From: a virus
DNA: 64,000 nt
Strand: one strand, 5' to 3'
Virus record (IMG/VR): IMGVR_UViG_3300032174_000002
Coordinates: 1 to 64,000 of that record
Shown: in pieces, positions 54,062 to 63,957 of the stretch
How the letters are laid out: every line of letters starts with the position of its first letter
How positions within the stretch are numbered: the first letter of the stretch is position 1
Made by a program: the position numbers and the translations under genes
The notes under the pieces: model-generated
What the model was told of the DNA's origin: nothing
What the model saw: only the letters and a program-made list of their open reading frames with translations
The model's database searches: none

Positions 54062-55789
54062 TTGACCGTGAAGTTGCATCTCGCCGCCGACCTGGCCCTA
54101 CCGCTCGACGCCTGCACGCAGACCTTCCTGGTGGTCGGCAAGCGCGGGAGCGGCAAGACCAACACCTGCGGTCGGCTCGCCGAGCAGCTGCATCACGCGA
54201 AGCTGCCCTTCGTCGTAGTCGACCCGGTGGACTCGTGGTGGGGCCTCAAGGCGGCGCAGGACGGCCGCGGGCCCGGTCTCGACGTCTACGTCTTCGGCGG
54301 CAGCCATGCCGACCTGCCGCTCGAGGCGACCGGCGGCAGCTTGGTCGCCGACGTCGTGATCGAGAACCGCATCTCGGCCATCCTCTCGATCAAGCACTTC
54401 AGCGGCCGGGAGCGCTCCCGTTTCGTCTCCGACTTCGCCGACCGGTTGTTCCGCAAGAACGCCGGCGAGCCGGTGCATCTCTTCCTCGAGGAGGCCCACG
54501 AGGTGGCGCCGCAGCAGATCCCGAAGCGCGAGGGCGCCGAGGAGATGCTGGGCCGGGTGACGCGGATCTGGAAGCTCGGCCGCTCTTCGGGGATCGGCGG
54601 CTCCGCGATCACGCAACGGCCGGCCAGCTTGTCGAAGAACATCACGACCCAGGCCGAGATTCTGATCGTGCATCGCCTGATCGGCCCGCAGGACGTGGCC
54701 GCCATCAAGGAGTGGATCAAGTACCACGGCGAGAGCGAGGAGATCCTGCCGACCCTCTCTGGCCTCAAGACCGGCGAGGCGTGGGTGTGGGCCCCCGACT
54801 TCCCGGAGAGCGCGCCGATCGGGCTGCGCCGGGTGCAGATCCTGAAACGCGAGACGTTCGACTCCTCGGCAACTCCTACCGGCCACCGCGTCGAGCCGCG
54901 GGAGTTGGCGCCGGTCGACATCGCCGGCATCAGCTCGAAGATGGCGGCCACGATCGAGCGAGCGAAGGCCGAGGACCCGAAGGAGTTGCGGCGGCGGATC
55001 GCGGAGCTCGAGCGCGCGCTGGTGGTGGCCGAGAAGAAGGCGGCGGTCGAGCCGATCGTCACCCAGCGCGTCGAGGTGCCGGTCCTGGCGCTGGACATCG
55101 CTGTGCGCCTGACCCGCGACGCCGGCGCCATCCAGGCGGCGGCCGAGGGGATGGCGAGGACGGCGGCCGAGATCGCTGCGGGAGTTCAGCGAGCGCAGGC
55201 CGCAGGCGAGGCGGCCACGCGCCGGCCCATCGCGGCACCAGCGCCCGTCCGTGCCGCGGTCCCGCGGCAGGCACCCCATGCGCGCGCCACCCAGCCGCGG
55301 CAGGGAGGCCCCGCACCTGCCGAGAACGGTCGCCTCCCCGTCGGCGAGCGCCGCATCCTGACCGCCATCGCTCAGTACCCGGAGGGGGCGAGCCGCGAAC
55401 AGCTGACCATCCTCACCGGCTACAAGCGGTCCTCGCGAGACACCTACCTTCAGCGCCTCGGGGCTCGCGGCCTGGTCGACGCCGCCGGTGGCGGCATGCT
55501 GATGGCCACCGGCGCAGGCATGGCCGCCCTTGGCGATGACTTCGAGCCCCTCCCGACCGGAGCGGCCCTGCAGTCCTACTGGCTCGACCGGCTCCCGGAG
55601 GGCGAGCGCCGCATCCTCGCCATCCTGATCGGCGCCTATCCGCGGGCGGTGCAGCGGCCCGACCTCGACGAGGCGACTGGCTACAAGCGCTCGAGCCGTG
55701 ACACCTACTTGCAGCGGCTGGGCTCGCGCCGGCTGATCACGGCCGCCGGGCCCGGCGAGGTGCGGGCGAGCGAGGGGCTGTTCGGATGA
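54062..55789 (+). CDS. HerA/DUF87-like P-loop ATPase with two C-terminal wHTH repeats
   Basis: GKRGSGKT, VVDP, LFLEEAH, GRSSG, TQRP; twice ERRIL...TGYKRSSRDTYLQRL. Confidence 0.88.
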   Translation: MTVKLHLAADLALPLDACTQTFLVVGKRGSGKTNTCGRLAEQLHHAKLPFVVVDPVDSWWGLKAAQDGRGPGLDVYVFGGSHADLPLEATGGSLVADVVIENRISAILSIKHFSGRERSRFVSDFADRLFRKNAGEPVHLFLEEAHEVAPQQIPKREGAEEMLGRVTRIWKLGRSSGIGGSAITQRPASLSKNITTQAEILIVHRLIGPQDVAAIKEWIKYHGESEEILPTLSGLKTGEAWVWAPDFPESAPIGLRRVQILKRETFDSSATPTGHRVEPRELAPVDIAGISSKMAATIERAKAEDPKELRRRIAELERALVVAEKKAAVEPIVTQRVEVPVLALDIAVRLTRDAGAIQAAAEGMARTAAEIAAGVQRAQAAGEAATRRPIAAPAPVRAAVPRQAPHARATQPRQGGPAPAENGRLPVGERRILTAIAQYPEGASREQLTILTGYKRSSRDTYLQRLGARGLVDAAGGGMLMATGAGMAALGDDFEPLPTGAALQSYWLDRLPEGERRILAILIGAYPRAVQRPDLDEATGYKRSSRDTYLQRLGSRRLITAAGPGEVRASEGLFG

Positions 55790-56198
55790 GGCTCGTCGAC
55801 GAGCAGTACGTCAGCCCCGCGGAGGCCCGCGAGCAAGGGGAGGCGGCCGCCAGGCGCCAGGCCGACCTCGAAGAGCCAACCCTTACACCTCTCCGATGCC
55901 GAAGACGAGGAGCGCGCCTTCAACCCGCCCGCTGCACGCGCCTGGAATGCCGGCTGGACCCGGGAGAGACTGCGGCAGCTGGCAACGCTTACCGGGCCGA
56001 AGAAGGCACCTGCATGAGCACCCGCCGCCTCGCCTTCCCGGCCCATCTCGCCGGCGTTCCCGTGGTCGACCTCCGCCACCTGCGCGAGTCTCGCCAGCCG
56101 GTAGCCGCCTACCTGGTCGGCGCCGAGCACCGCGGCGAGGGCGCCATGCTCCTGGCCCACCTGCGCGGCACGCTGCACGTCCACCCCGAGGCCAGCCG

Positions 56199-57092
56199 GT
56201 GAACGGTCGCCACTGGACGCCGCTCGAGGACGGCCAACTGCGCCGGCTCTATCCGGTCCTGCCGCGCGTCGACCTCGAGCGCTTCTTCCAGCGCCGCATG
56301 ACCGCGATCTGGACGCGGGCGGCCGTCCTCGGCTTGAGCCGCGGGAAGTGGACGGAGGCCGAGAAGGCCGCGCTGCGCCGCCTCTACCCGACCCTCCCGG
56401 CTCCGGATCTCGAGCGGTACTTCCGCCGGCCCATGGGCGCCATCTCGCAACAGGCGATGAAGCTCGGCTGTCAACGCCGACCGCCTGGCGGACGCTTCGG
56501 CCCCGGCCATCCCACATACCGCTGGAACGCCGGCAAGAAGATCGGCTCTCGCGGCCGCACGGCCGAGACCCAGTTCAAGCCACGACAGATCTCGAACACC
56601 TGGGTGCCGATCGGGACCGTGGTCATCGACACCGAGGGCTACCGCAAGATCAAGGTATCCGACGACCGCACCGTGCCCTCGCGCTTCAACTGGCGGTTCT
56701 GCCACGTCCTGCTCTGGGAGCGCCACCGCGGCCCGGTGCCGCGCGGCCATGTCGTCACCTTCCGTGACGGCGACCGCTCCCACATCCGGATGCCGAACCT
56801 CGAGCTGATTACCCGCCGCGAGCTGCGGCGCCGCAACAGCATCCACGCCCTCTACCCGCCCGAGCTGAAGGCGGTCATCTACCAACTCGCCGGACTCAAG
56901 CACCGGATTACCATCAAGGAGAGGAAGCTACGCCATGCCCAAGACAAGAACGCTGGAGGACCTCCGGGAGCTGCTATTCAGCGCCGCCGAACGGCTCGAG
57001 AAGGCGGACGGCGACGCCCTCGAGGCCGAGTTGAAGCGCGCCAAGGCCACCGGCGAGATCGGCAAGGTGCTGATCGCAACCGGCAGGCTTGA
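56199..57092 (+). CDS. HNH endonuclease with N-terminal Myb-like repeats
   Basis: WT..E...LRRLYP twice, ETQFKP, HVLLWE...FRDGD...NLELITR..L..RN. Confidence 0.8.
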   Translation: MNGRHWTPLEDGQLRRLYPVLPRVDLERFFQRRMTAIWTRAAVLGLSRGKWTEAEKAALRRLYPTLPAPDLERYFRRPMGAISQQAMKLGCQRRPPGGRFGPGHPTYRWNAGKKIGSRGRTAETQFKPRQISNTWVPIGTVVIDTEGYRKIKVSDDRTVPSRFNWRFCHVLLWERHRGPVPRGHVVTFRDGDRSHIRMPNLELITRRELRRRNSIHALYPPELKAVIYQLAGLKHRITIKERKLRHAQDKNAGGPPGAAIQRRRTAREGGRRRPRGRVEARQGHRRDRQGADRNRQA

Positions 57093-57234
57093 GCTGGAGC
57101 ATCTCCGGCAGACCGGGCGAGAGAGCGTACCAGCCAAGTTCCTGGGCTCGCGCACGGCCGCCCGGGTCGAGCAGGAGAGCAACGGCCCGCGCGCCCTGGC
57201 CGCTGCGCCGCCGGCGGGAAGACGGCCAGCGTGA
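56935..57234 (+). CDS. Small helical protein of the type that accompanies this HNH class
   Basis: LEDLRELLF..AERL...ELKRAKA..EIG..LI. Confidence 0.65.
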   Translation: MPKTRTLEDLRELLFSAAERLEKADGDALEAELKRAKATGEIGKVLIATGRLELEHLRQTGRESVPAKFLGSRTAARVEQESNGPRALAAAPPAGRRPA

Positions 57235-59243
57235 AACCTGTGGGAACGCTTGATCCTGAAAGGAACCCGTACATGACCGAACCAGCCACCAGTCCCGTCG
57301 GCCAACTGCTCCCGATCACCCACCTCCACCCCAACCCCTGGAGCAAGCGCCGGAAGAGCGCCGCGACGGCCAAGGAGGACGCCGAGCTCGCCGCCAGCGT
57401 CCGCGAGCTGGGGATCCTGGAGAACCTCCTGGTGCGCCCGCTCCCAGAGGACGCCGCGAAGGAGTTGAAGCTCAAGGACCCGGCCGGTCACTACCAGGTG
57501 GTCGCCGGCAAGCGCCGCCTGCAAGCCGCCCTCGACGCCGGGCTCGACCTGGTGCCCTGCACGGTCCGCGACCTCGACGACCACCGGGCGCGCGTCATCA
57601 CCATCTCGGAGAACCTGCACCGGCTGGACATCCACTGGCTCGACGAGGCGCAGGGCGTCGCCGGGCTGCTCGAGGAGTTTGGAAACCAAGAAGCGGTCGC
57701 CGTCGAGCTCGGCCGCTCGGTTGGCTGGGTGGCGCGCCGCAAGCGCCTGCTCGATCTCTCGCCGGCCTGGCTGGCGATCGCCGAGGACCCGGAGGGGCAG
57801 CCCGAGACCTCCATGAAGGGCTTCGCCGCGGCCTGGGGAACCGCCCACTTCGAGCAGATCGCCATCCTCGAGACGGAGGCCCAGGACGACATTCTCGAGC
57901 CGCAGATGCAGTGGCAGCTCCGGGACGCCCGCACCGCCGGGCAGCTGGCCCAGCTGATCGCCGCCCGCACTCGCGCGCTGTCCTCGTTCCCGTGGCCGTT
58001 GAGGGACGCCGAGCTCTACCCGGCGGCCGGCGCCTGCTCGACCTGCCCGATGCGCTCGTCGCAGAATCCCGGCCTCTTCGACGACCAGGAGGCGGCCGAG
58101 GGCGGCAAGCCCACCAAGAAGCCGCGGGGCCACGGCGCCGACCGCTGCCTGAACCCGAAGTGCGCCGACGAAAAGGCCCGGCGCTTCGTCGAGCGCCGCC
58201 ACGCCGAGCTGAAGGCGGAACACTCGAAGGTGCTGTTGATCAAGGGCGACGGCCACGACGCGCGCCAGGCGCCGGCGGGGGCCATCAACAGCTGGGAGGT
58301 CCAGAAAGTCAAGGAGGGCGACAAGGGCGCCGTGCCGGCCGTGATCGCGTCGGGCCGGGACGCCGGCCGGGTGCAGTGGGTCAAGCCGCCCTCCTCGGGC
58401 CGCGCCGAGAGAGCCGCCACCAAGGCCGCCGGCGGCAAACCGGAGAAGACGCCGCTCGCCGACCGGAAGGCCGCGCTCGCCCGCCGGCGGATGGGCCACG
58501 CGATCGATGCCATGAAGGCCGCGATCGTCCAGCAGCCGGCGCCGGCGCTCGAGGTCTGCATCCGCTTGGCGATCACGGCCGGGACGAAGCAGGCGAACGA
58601 CGCGACCGGCGGCTACCACTACGGCTTCGACGAGCTGCTGCCGCGGTGCGAAGGGAACACCGCCCACGAGGCCCGGCGGCTGCTGCTCGCCGGCACCGGC
58701 CAGAACGATACGATCGTGGGGGAACTCGAAGACCGGGCAGACCGCGAAGAGAACGCGGCGGCCAGCCATCGCGATCGCCGCGACACCTCGGCGCGTGTGT
58801 GGGAATCCTTTGTGGCCCTCGGCCAGTTCACCGGGGGCGTTGACGCTACCGCCGAGATGCTCGCCGCTTACCTCTGGGCGCGCGTTCTCCCGACGCTCTA
58901 CGGCCGGATGACGCCGACCGGGATGCCGGATCACGTGAAAGTGGCCTACGCTGAGGCCGAGAGGACCGCCGCCCTGGTCGGGCTCAAGGCCAAGGTCTAC
59001 CTCGAGCAGGCCACCGTAGCGTTGCCCGATCCGAAGGGCTGGGCGAAGGAGGAGGCCGAGGAGGCGGCGAAGAAGCCGGCGCGCGAGCCCAAGCAGAAGA
59101 AGGCCCCTCGTGCGGTGCGCGAGAAAGCCAAGAGGGAAGCCATGCCGCCGATCACTGATGAGGCCGCGCGGCTGATCCACTCGCTCCACCCGCCGGCGAA
59201 GGCCAAAGGGAAGGCCGGCCGCGGTAAGAAGGCGAAGTCGTGA
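57231..59243 (+). CDS. Long ParB/Spo0J-family protein
   Basis: ELAASVRELGILENLLVRP, VVAGKRR, ISENLHR, HTH, CSTCP...CLNPKC. Confidence 0.88.
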   Translation: MKPVGTLDPERNPYMTEPATSPVGQLLPITHLHPNPWSKRRKSAATAKEDAELAASVRELGILENLLVRPLPEDAAKELKLKDPAGHYQVVAGKRRLQAALDAGLDLVPCTVRDLDDHRARVITISENLHRLDIHWLDEAQGVAGLLEEFGNQEAVAVELGRSVGWVARRKRLLDLSPAWLAIAEDPEGQPETSMKGFAAAWGTAHFEQIAILETEAQDDILEPQMQWQLRDARTAGQLAQLIAARTRALSSFPWPLRDAELYPAAGACSTCPMRSSQNPGLFDDQEAAEGGKPTKKPRGHGADRCLNPKCADEKARRFVERRHAELKAEHSKVLLIKGDGHDARQAPAGAINSWEVQKVKEGDKGAVPAVIASGRDAGRVQWVKPPSSGRAERAATKAAGGKPEKTPLADRKAALARRRMGHAIDAMKAAIVQQPAPALEVCIRLAITAGTKQANDATGGYHYGFDELLPRCEGNTAHEARRLLLAGTGQNDTIVGELEDRADREENAAASHRDRRDTSARVWESFVALGQFTGGVDATAEMLAAYLWARVLPTLYGRMTPTGMPDHVKVAYAEAERTAALVGLKAKVYLEQATVALPDPKGWAKEEAEEAAKKPAREPKQKKAPRAVREKAKREAMPPITDEAARLIHSLHPPAKAKGKAGRGKKAKS

Positions 59244-59608
59244 GCGGCATTTACTCCGCGACGGCGGGCCAGCGGGAGCGAGTCCTCCTGGGCGTCTCGC
59301 TGCTGATCTTCCTGCTCGGCGGGATCGCCATCGGCTTCGCCGGCGCGGCGGTGATCATGGGCCACGGAAGCCGCCAAGCGCCGACGGTGAAGGCTCCCGC
59401 AGTCGCGCCGGGCGATTGGGGCGGCGCGCGCGTTACGCTCAGCACCGGCGAGCAGGCCCACGGCTTCAAGGTGTCCGGCGCCACGGATACCGTCTTCGTC
59501 TTTACCTTCCCCGAGGGCAATAACTGCCTCGTCCGACTCCAGCCGGCCCCAGGCGACCGGACGGCTGCCGCTGCCATGGCCTGCACCTGGTTGAAGGCAG
59601 CCCCGTGA
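59240..59608 (+). CDS. Membrane-anchored protein
   Basis: VLLGVSLLIFLLGGIAIGFAGAAVIM TM segment. Confidence 0.6.
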   Translation: MSGIYSATAGQRERVLLGVSLLIFLLGGIAIGFAGAAVIMGHGSRQAPTVKAPAVAPGDWGGARVTLSTGEQAHGFKVSGATDTVFVFTFPEGNNCLVRLQPAPGDRTAAAAMACTWLKAAP

Positions 59609-59864
59609 CGCTCACCTGCACCGTCTGCGGCTTCGAGATCCCGGACCCTCCCGGCCGGAAGTACCTGGTGGTGTTCCCGCTGCCCTGGGGCGGCATCCGG
59701 ATCGAGGTCGGCTGCGACCCCACCACGAGGTGGACGCCAGCGGCGCGATCGCCGTCTTCTCCAGCGCCGGCTGCTGCAACACGTGGCTGGACAACGTCTG
59801 GCACCCGCACCTCGCCGGATGCCAGCACGACGACCCGCGGGGAAAGGCCGTCAGTCAGGCCGTC

Positions 59865-60554
59865 ATGACACCCCGCGATCCTGCCGCCTTGGTGGCCGCC
59901 TGCCGTGTTCCCTCGCACGTCCGGGAGGCAGAGGCAGGCCCCTGGCACCTCCGTCGTTTAACGCCCATCCCGGAGTTCCTGGCGCTCTACGATGGCCTGG
60001 TGCCCCCGCTCGCTCCCTATGCCGACTACGTGGCGCTTTTCCGCCACTCCCTCGCCACCATGCACCTCGAGGGTTCGCCGGGCGAGGTGGTGATGGAAGA
60101 TAGCCCCAGGGAGCTGCGCCGCCACCTGCCGCTGCTGATGGCCGCCCGCGGGCGCGTCCTCGTCTCCGGCCTGGGGCTCGGCTGCGTCGTCCGCGGGCTG
60201 CTCTCCCTGCCGGAGGTGGAACACGTCGACGTCGTGGAGATCGACCGCCACGTCGTCGAGCTGGCCGGCGGGGAGTTCGCCGGGAGTCCCCGTTGCACTC
60301 TCCGGTTAGGCGATGCGCTCACGGTCAAGTGGCCGCGCGGCGCCCGCTGGGGCTTCGCCTGGCATGACTGCTGGGACGAAGGCGGCCACCTGGCGCTGCT
60401 GCACGCGAAGCTCCTCAACCGCTACCGGCGGATGGCTGCCAGGCAAGGCGCCTGGGGGATGCCGCGGTGGTTCCGGCGCCGGGCTTGCTGGATGCTCGGC
60501 TCGCCGCGGCGCCAGCGCGGCAGGTCAGCCGCGGAGGGCAGGCATGCCGCCTGA
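59865..60554 (+). CDS. Class I SAM-dependent methyltransferase (spermidine-synthase-like)
   Basis: VMEDSPRE, RVLVSGLGLG, VDVVEID, GDA, WHDCW. Confidence 0.8.
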   Translation: MTPRDPAALVAACRVPSHVREAEAGPWHLRRLTPIPEFLALYDGLVPPLAPYADYVALFRHSLATMHLEGSPGEVVMEDSPRELRRHLPLLMAARGRVLVSGLGLGCVVRGLLSLPEVEHVDVVEIDRHVVELAGGEFAGSPRCTLRLGDALTVKWPRGARWGFAWHDCWDEGGHLALLHAKLLNRYRRMAARQGAWGMPRWFRRRACWMLGSPRRQRGRSAAEGRHAA

Positions 60555-60740
60555 TCACCGCCCCGTCTCGCGCCGCCGCAACCCGGTGCGCTTCCTGCCC
60601 TCCGACCCCGAGGAGCGTCAGGCCGAGATCGCGAAGGAGGAGGCCGCTATCCGCCGGCAGGTCGGGACCTGGGGCCTTGACCTTCAGGACCCGGCAGGGG
60701 ATGGCGCGGCGATCGGCAACCCGTCGCCGAAGAGGTCCTG

Positions 60741-61175
60741 ATGACCAGCCGCCCGCACCGCAGTCTCGCCCGCTCCCTCGAGGCACTGGCCAGCGAGTAC
60801 CGCCTCGGCGTCGTCGAGCTGCTCGCGAAGACGGGGAGCGCGAGCCCCTCCGAGATCCAGGCCGCACTGCCGCATCTCTCGCAACCCTCCGTCTCCCGCC
60901 ATCTCCGGACCCTGCTCGATCGCGGCGTCGTCGAGCAGTCCCGAGACCTGGCCTCCCGCAACCACTGCGGGCTGCGCTACCGGCTGGCCGCCGAGGCGTT
61001 GGATCTGGTGCTGGCGCTGCGCCGCCTCGCGAACGAGATCGAAGCCGGAATCGTCGCCGAGTACTTCCCGATGGGCGTCGCCGACGTCGCGGAGCGGCAC
61101 CGGCAGCAGACCGCCGCTGCCGAGCTCGGGGCCGGGCACACGCGGGGCAGCTCGCCCCAGGAGCCGCCGCCGTGA
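60741..61175 (+). CDS. ArsR-family wHTH regulator
   Basis: LEALASEYRLGVVELL...LSQPSVSRHLRTL...GVV. Confidence 0.8.
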   Translation: MTSRPHRSLARSLEALASEYRLGVVELLAKTGSASPSEIQAALPHLSQPSVSRHLRTLLDRGVVEQSRDLASRNHCGLRYRLAAEALDLVLALRRLANEIEAGIVAEYFPMGVADVAERHRQQTAAAELGAGHTRGSSPQEPPP

Positions 61176-61922
61176 AGCCGCTCACCGTGCTGACCTACGA
61201 GATCGCCGGCCGGCGCAACCGCGCGCTGAAGGCGATGGACCTCGCCGGCGACGACCTCGAGCAGGCGCGCCGGCTGCACGACCGGGCGCAGGCCCTGCTG
61301 GACCGCGCCATCCGCGAGCCGCTCGAGCGAGTTGAGCGGCCATCATGAGCGATCGACTGAAGCTCGTCCGGCCGGCGTTCCAGGTGCCGCAGCCCGATCG
61401 GTTCACGACATACCACCATGACTGCGGGGGCTGCCCGCGCGTGGATGGCTGCCGCGTGCCCGTGCCCGAACGCCAGCGTGCCGGCGAACAGGGCTAGGAC
61501 CGCGACCAGCATCGCGACTCCCAGCTTGCGCATCGTCTCGTCCTCCTTGGTTGGTCGACCATGTCGGGGATCGGCGCCCCCGGTTCACCAGATTCTCAGT
61601 CTACTTCAGCTCCGCGGCGGTTCCCATCAGGCAGCTGGCAATCGCTCGCGCCTCGCCCTTGCGCATCAGGACGGGCGTGGAGATCTGCGTGCTCGTCTCC
61701 GGCTTGCCCTCCTCGCCGGCGTCTCCGGTGATGACGTGCATCACCACGTAGTCGCCTGGGCGAAGCGCTCGCCGATACCGATGGAGCAGCGATGGATGTC
61801 GAGCACGGCGCCATCGCCGGTCGCGTGCCCTGCGGTCAGATCGAACCTCGCGTTCATGCTTCGTCTCCTTGTACGCGGCCGTCACGGTCGCCGCGGAACC
61901 GTCGCGAGCTGGAGCGCTCGCC

Positions 61923-62813
61923 CTACCCCGGGAACGCCAGCCAGGCGATGACGCCCATCAGGTTCCCGGCGGTGTTGACGTGCTGCCAGGACTTGCCGGA
62001 GACGGTGTCCTTCACGACCACCGTGAAGCCGGCGTCGGTCGAGGCGTTCAGCTTGACTGAGTGCCCGGCCGCTCCGTTGTCCAGCACGGTCACGAACACC
62101 TCCGGGATCTGCGGGCCGAAGAACCAGAACCAGCCGACGCCCGGGAACATGGTGACCGCCTGGCCGGCCCCCTTCCTGCCCGATCGGCCGGCCGGCTCCT
62201 CCCAGTGCGGGATGCGGACCTCGAAGCGGCCGCCGAGGAGCTTGAGGACCTGCCCCGCCTCGGCCTTGCCACGCTCGCTCTGCGGCGCCTGGTCGGGATG
62301 TGCCACGTCCCATGCGTAGAGCTCCTCCTGATGCTGGGCGGCCGCCGCCTCGCTGGCCTTCTTGGCGTCGTCGAAGCCGGCCCCGGAGGCTCCCGGAGGG
62401 CCGCCGGCCAGTGTCGCGAGGTGGTCCCACAGCGCGGCGCCGTTGAAGGCGACGTACTTCGCGACGGCGACGTCGTCCGCGGTCACGGCATACTTGCCGA
62501 CGAGATCGGCGTCGAGCCCTAGGGGGTTCGACGGATCGTTGGCCACCGCGGACAGCGGGTTGGCGGCCGCGGCGCCGCTGAGCCCTTCGTTGACGGTATC
62601 GCCGTAGACGTGGCCCTGGAGCTCGGGGACGCCGAGCATGGCTGCCACGGCGGCGTTCTGGGCTGTGACGGATTCCGGCGTGCCGTCGGTCGCCGGCACG
62701 ATGATGGATGGGTCCCAGGACTTCGCGACGCGCCCCCCGCCGGCGGAGGCCAGATAGAGGACCTGCTTGCAGCCCTTGGCGACGGCGTACCCACGAACGG
62801 TGCGGATGGACAT
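61923..62813 (-). CDS. Protein with a Thermoanaerobaculia-type C-terminal beta domain
   Basis: LLGGRFEV..W...GAGQAV...GWFWFF...EV.V.VLD...TD..F...V.DT.SG...N..G......AFP. Confidence 0.65.
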   Translation of the reverse strand: MSIRTVRGYAVAKGCKQVLYLASAGGGRVAKSWDPSIIVPATDGTPESVTAQNAAVAAMLGVPELQGHVYGDTVNEGLSGAAAANPLSAVANDPSNPLGLDADLVGKYAVTADDVAVAKYVAFNGAALWDHLATLAGGPPGASGAGFDDAKKASEAAAAQHQEELYAWDVAHPDQAPQSERGKAEAGQVLKLLGGRFEVRIPHWEEPAGRSGRKGAGQAVTMFPGVGWFWFFGPQIPEVFVTVLDNGAAGHSVKLNASTDAGFTVVVKDTVSGKSWQHVNTAGNLMGVIAWLAFPG

Positions 62814-62854
62814 GATTGGCTTTCTCCCTCTCCGCTCGACGAGCGGGTAGTTGA

Positions 62855-63121
62855 CTAAGGCTCTGGCGGCTTCCACTGGCCGCGGCCGCGCATTGGCGCC
62901 AGCGTGCCGGTGTCCGCGAAAGCGCCGAGCCACTCGATCAGCTCGCGCGCCAGCTTCCTGGTGAGGTGCATCCTGCCGTCGCCCTGACCCAGCCAGATAC
63001 AGTAGTCGGTCGCGAGGGACGACTCCTGAATGGAGCATGCCGCGCCCGAGGCGTCCTTGAAGTCAGACCGCAGAAAGCCGCGCTCAGTGGGCTTTGCGAG
63101 CTTGATCGCGCGGCGGCTCAC
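62855..63121 (-). CDS. Conserved phage hypothetical protein
   Basis: TERGF...F.D..G..CSIQESSLA...CIWLG...RMHLTR. Confidence 0.65.
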   Translation of the reverse strand: MSRRAIKLAKPTERGFLRSDFKDASGAACSIQESSLATDYCIWLGQGDGRMHLTRKLARELIEWLGAFADTGTLAPMRGRGQWKPPEP

Positions 63122-63957
63122 GGCACCCCGCTCCGCCACTCCGGCGTGACCGCACCGCGCGCGCCGAGTACCCGGCCATACACCGCCCCGAGAGCTCCGG
63201 CCGGCGCCGGCTCCGCGAAGACCTGGACACTTCCCTGCCACGTGATGCGTCCGGTTCTGACGGTGTCCTTCGCGACGTGGATTTCGGCCCCCAGGCCGGC
63301 CGCCGTAGTCGAGTAGGTGTAGGTGGGGCCGCCGCCGATCCGCCAGCCTTCCGAGAAGTGGGACAGCTCGAGGAATCCAGGGCGCTCCTCCGTGAACACC
63401 AGCCTGGCCTTCCCGGTCGTGTCGGAGAGCAGCACCTCGGCGTTGCCGCGCACCCTGAGGTGGCCGGTCGTGTCCCGGCACTCGAAGGTCGCGTGATCCA
63501 GCGGGTCCAGCTTGCAGGGGATGGCGCCCGGCCCCCAGATCCGGTGCTCGCCGGCGGCCGGAGCCGGCAGGCCGGTGTCCTTGTGGATCTGCGCCTCCTG
63601 ATCGGGCGTCGCCACGCGCACCTTGACCGGAGCGGCATCGGTCGGTCGGTCGTTCTCGGCGAGGGTCTGCGGCGGCCCGCCGAAGGGGTGGCGCAGCGAG
63701 CGCTTGCCCTTGACCCTGGACTGCGGCACCTCCGCCGGCGCCCCTCGCGTCGGCAGCTGCGCCCCCTGGACGGCCTTCGCCGCGCGCCCCAGGGCGATCG
63801 CCGGCCCCGCGACCGACTGCAGCTCTCCGTGCCACTGCCGGTAGGCGAGCCCGACCACGACCAGGACGCAGCCGAGGACGACGATCGCGATCAGCCGGAT
63901 GGGGTGCAGGAGGATGGTGCCCAGGGCGTGCAGGGAGGAGCGCAGCGGGTTGTTCAT
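63118..63957 (-). CDS. Membrane-anchored protein with C-terminal amphipathic beta strands
   Basis: N-terminal TM LIAIVVLGCVLVVVGLAY; WRIGGGPTYTY...LGAEIHV...WQGSVQVF. Confidence 0.6.
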   Translation of the reverse strand: MNNPLRSSLHALGTILLHPIRLIAIVVLGCVLVVVGLAYRQWHGELQSVAGPAIALGRAAKAVQGAQLPTRGAPAEVPQSRVKGKRSLRHPFGGPPQTLAENDRPTDAAPVKVRVATPDQEAQIHKDTGLPAPAAGEHRIWGPGAIPCKLDPLDHATFECRDTTGHLRVRGNAEVLLSDTTGKARLVFTEERPGFLELSHFSEGWRIGGGPTYTYSTTAAGLGAEIHVAKDTVRTGRITWQGSVQVFAEPAPAGALGAVYGRVLGARGAVTPEWRSGVP

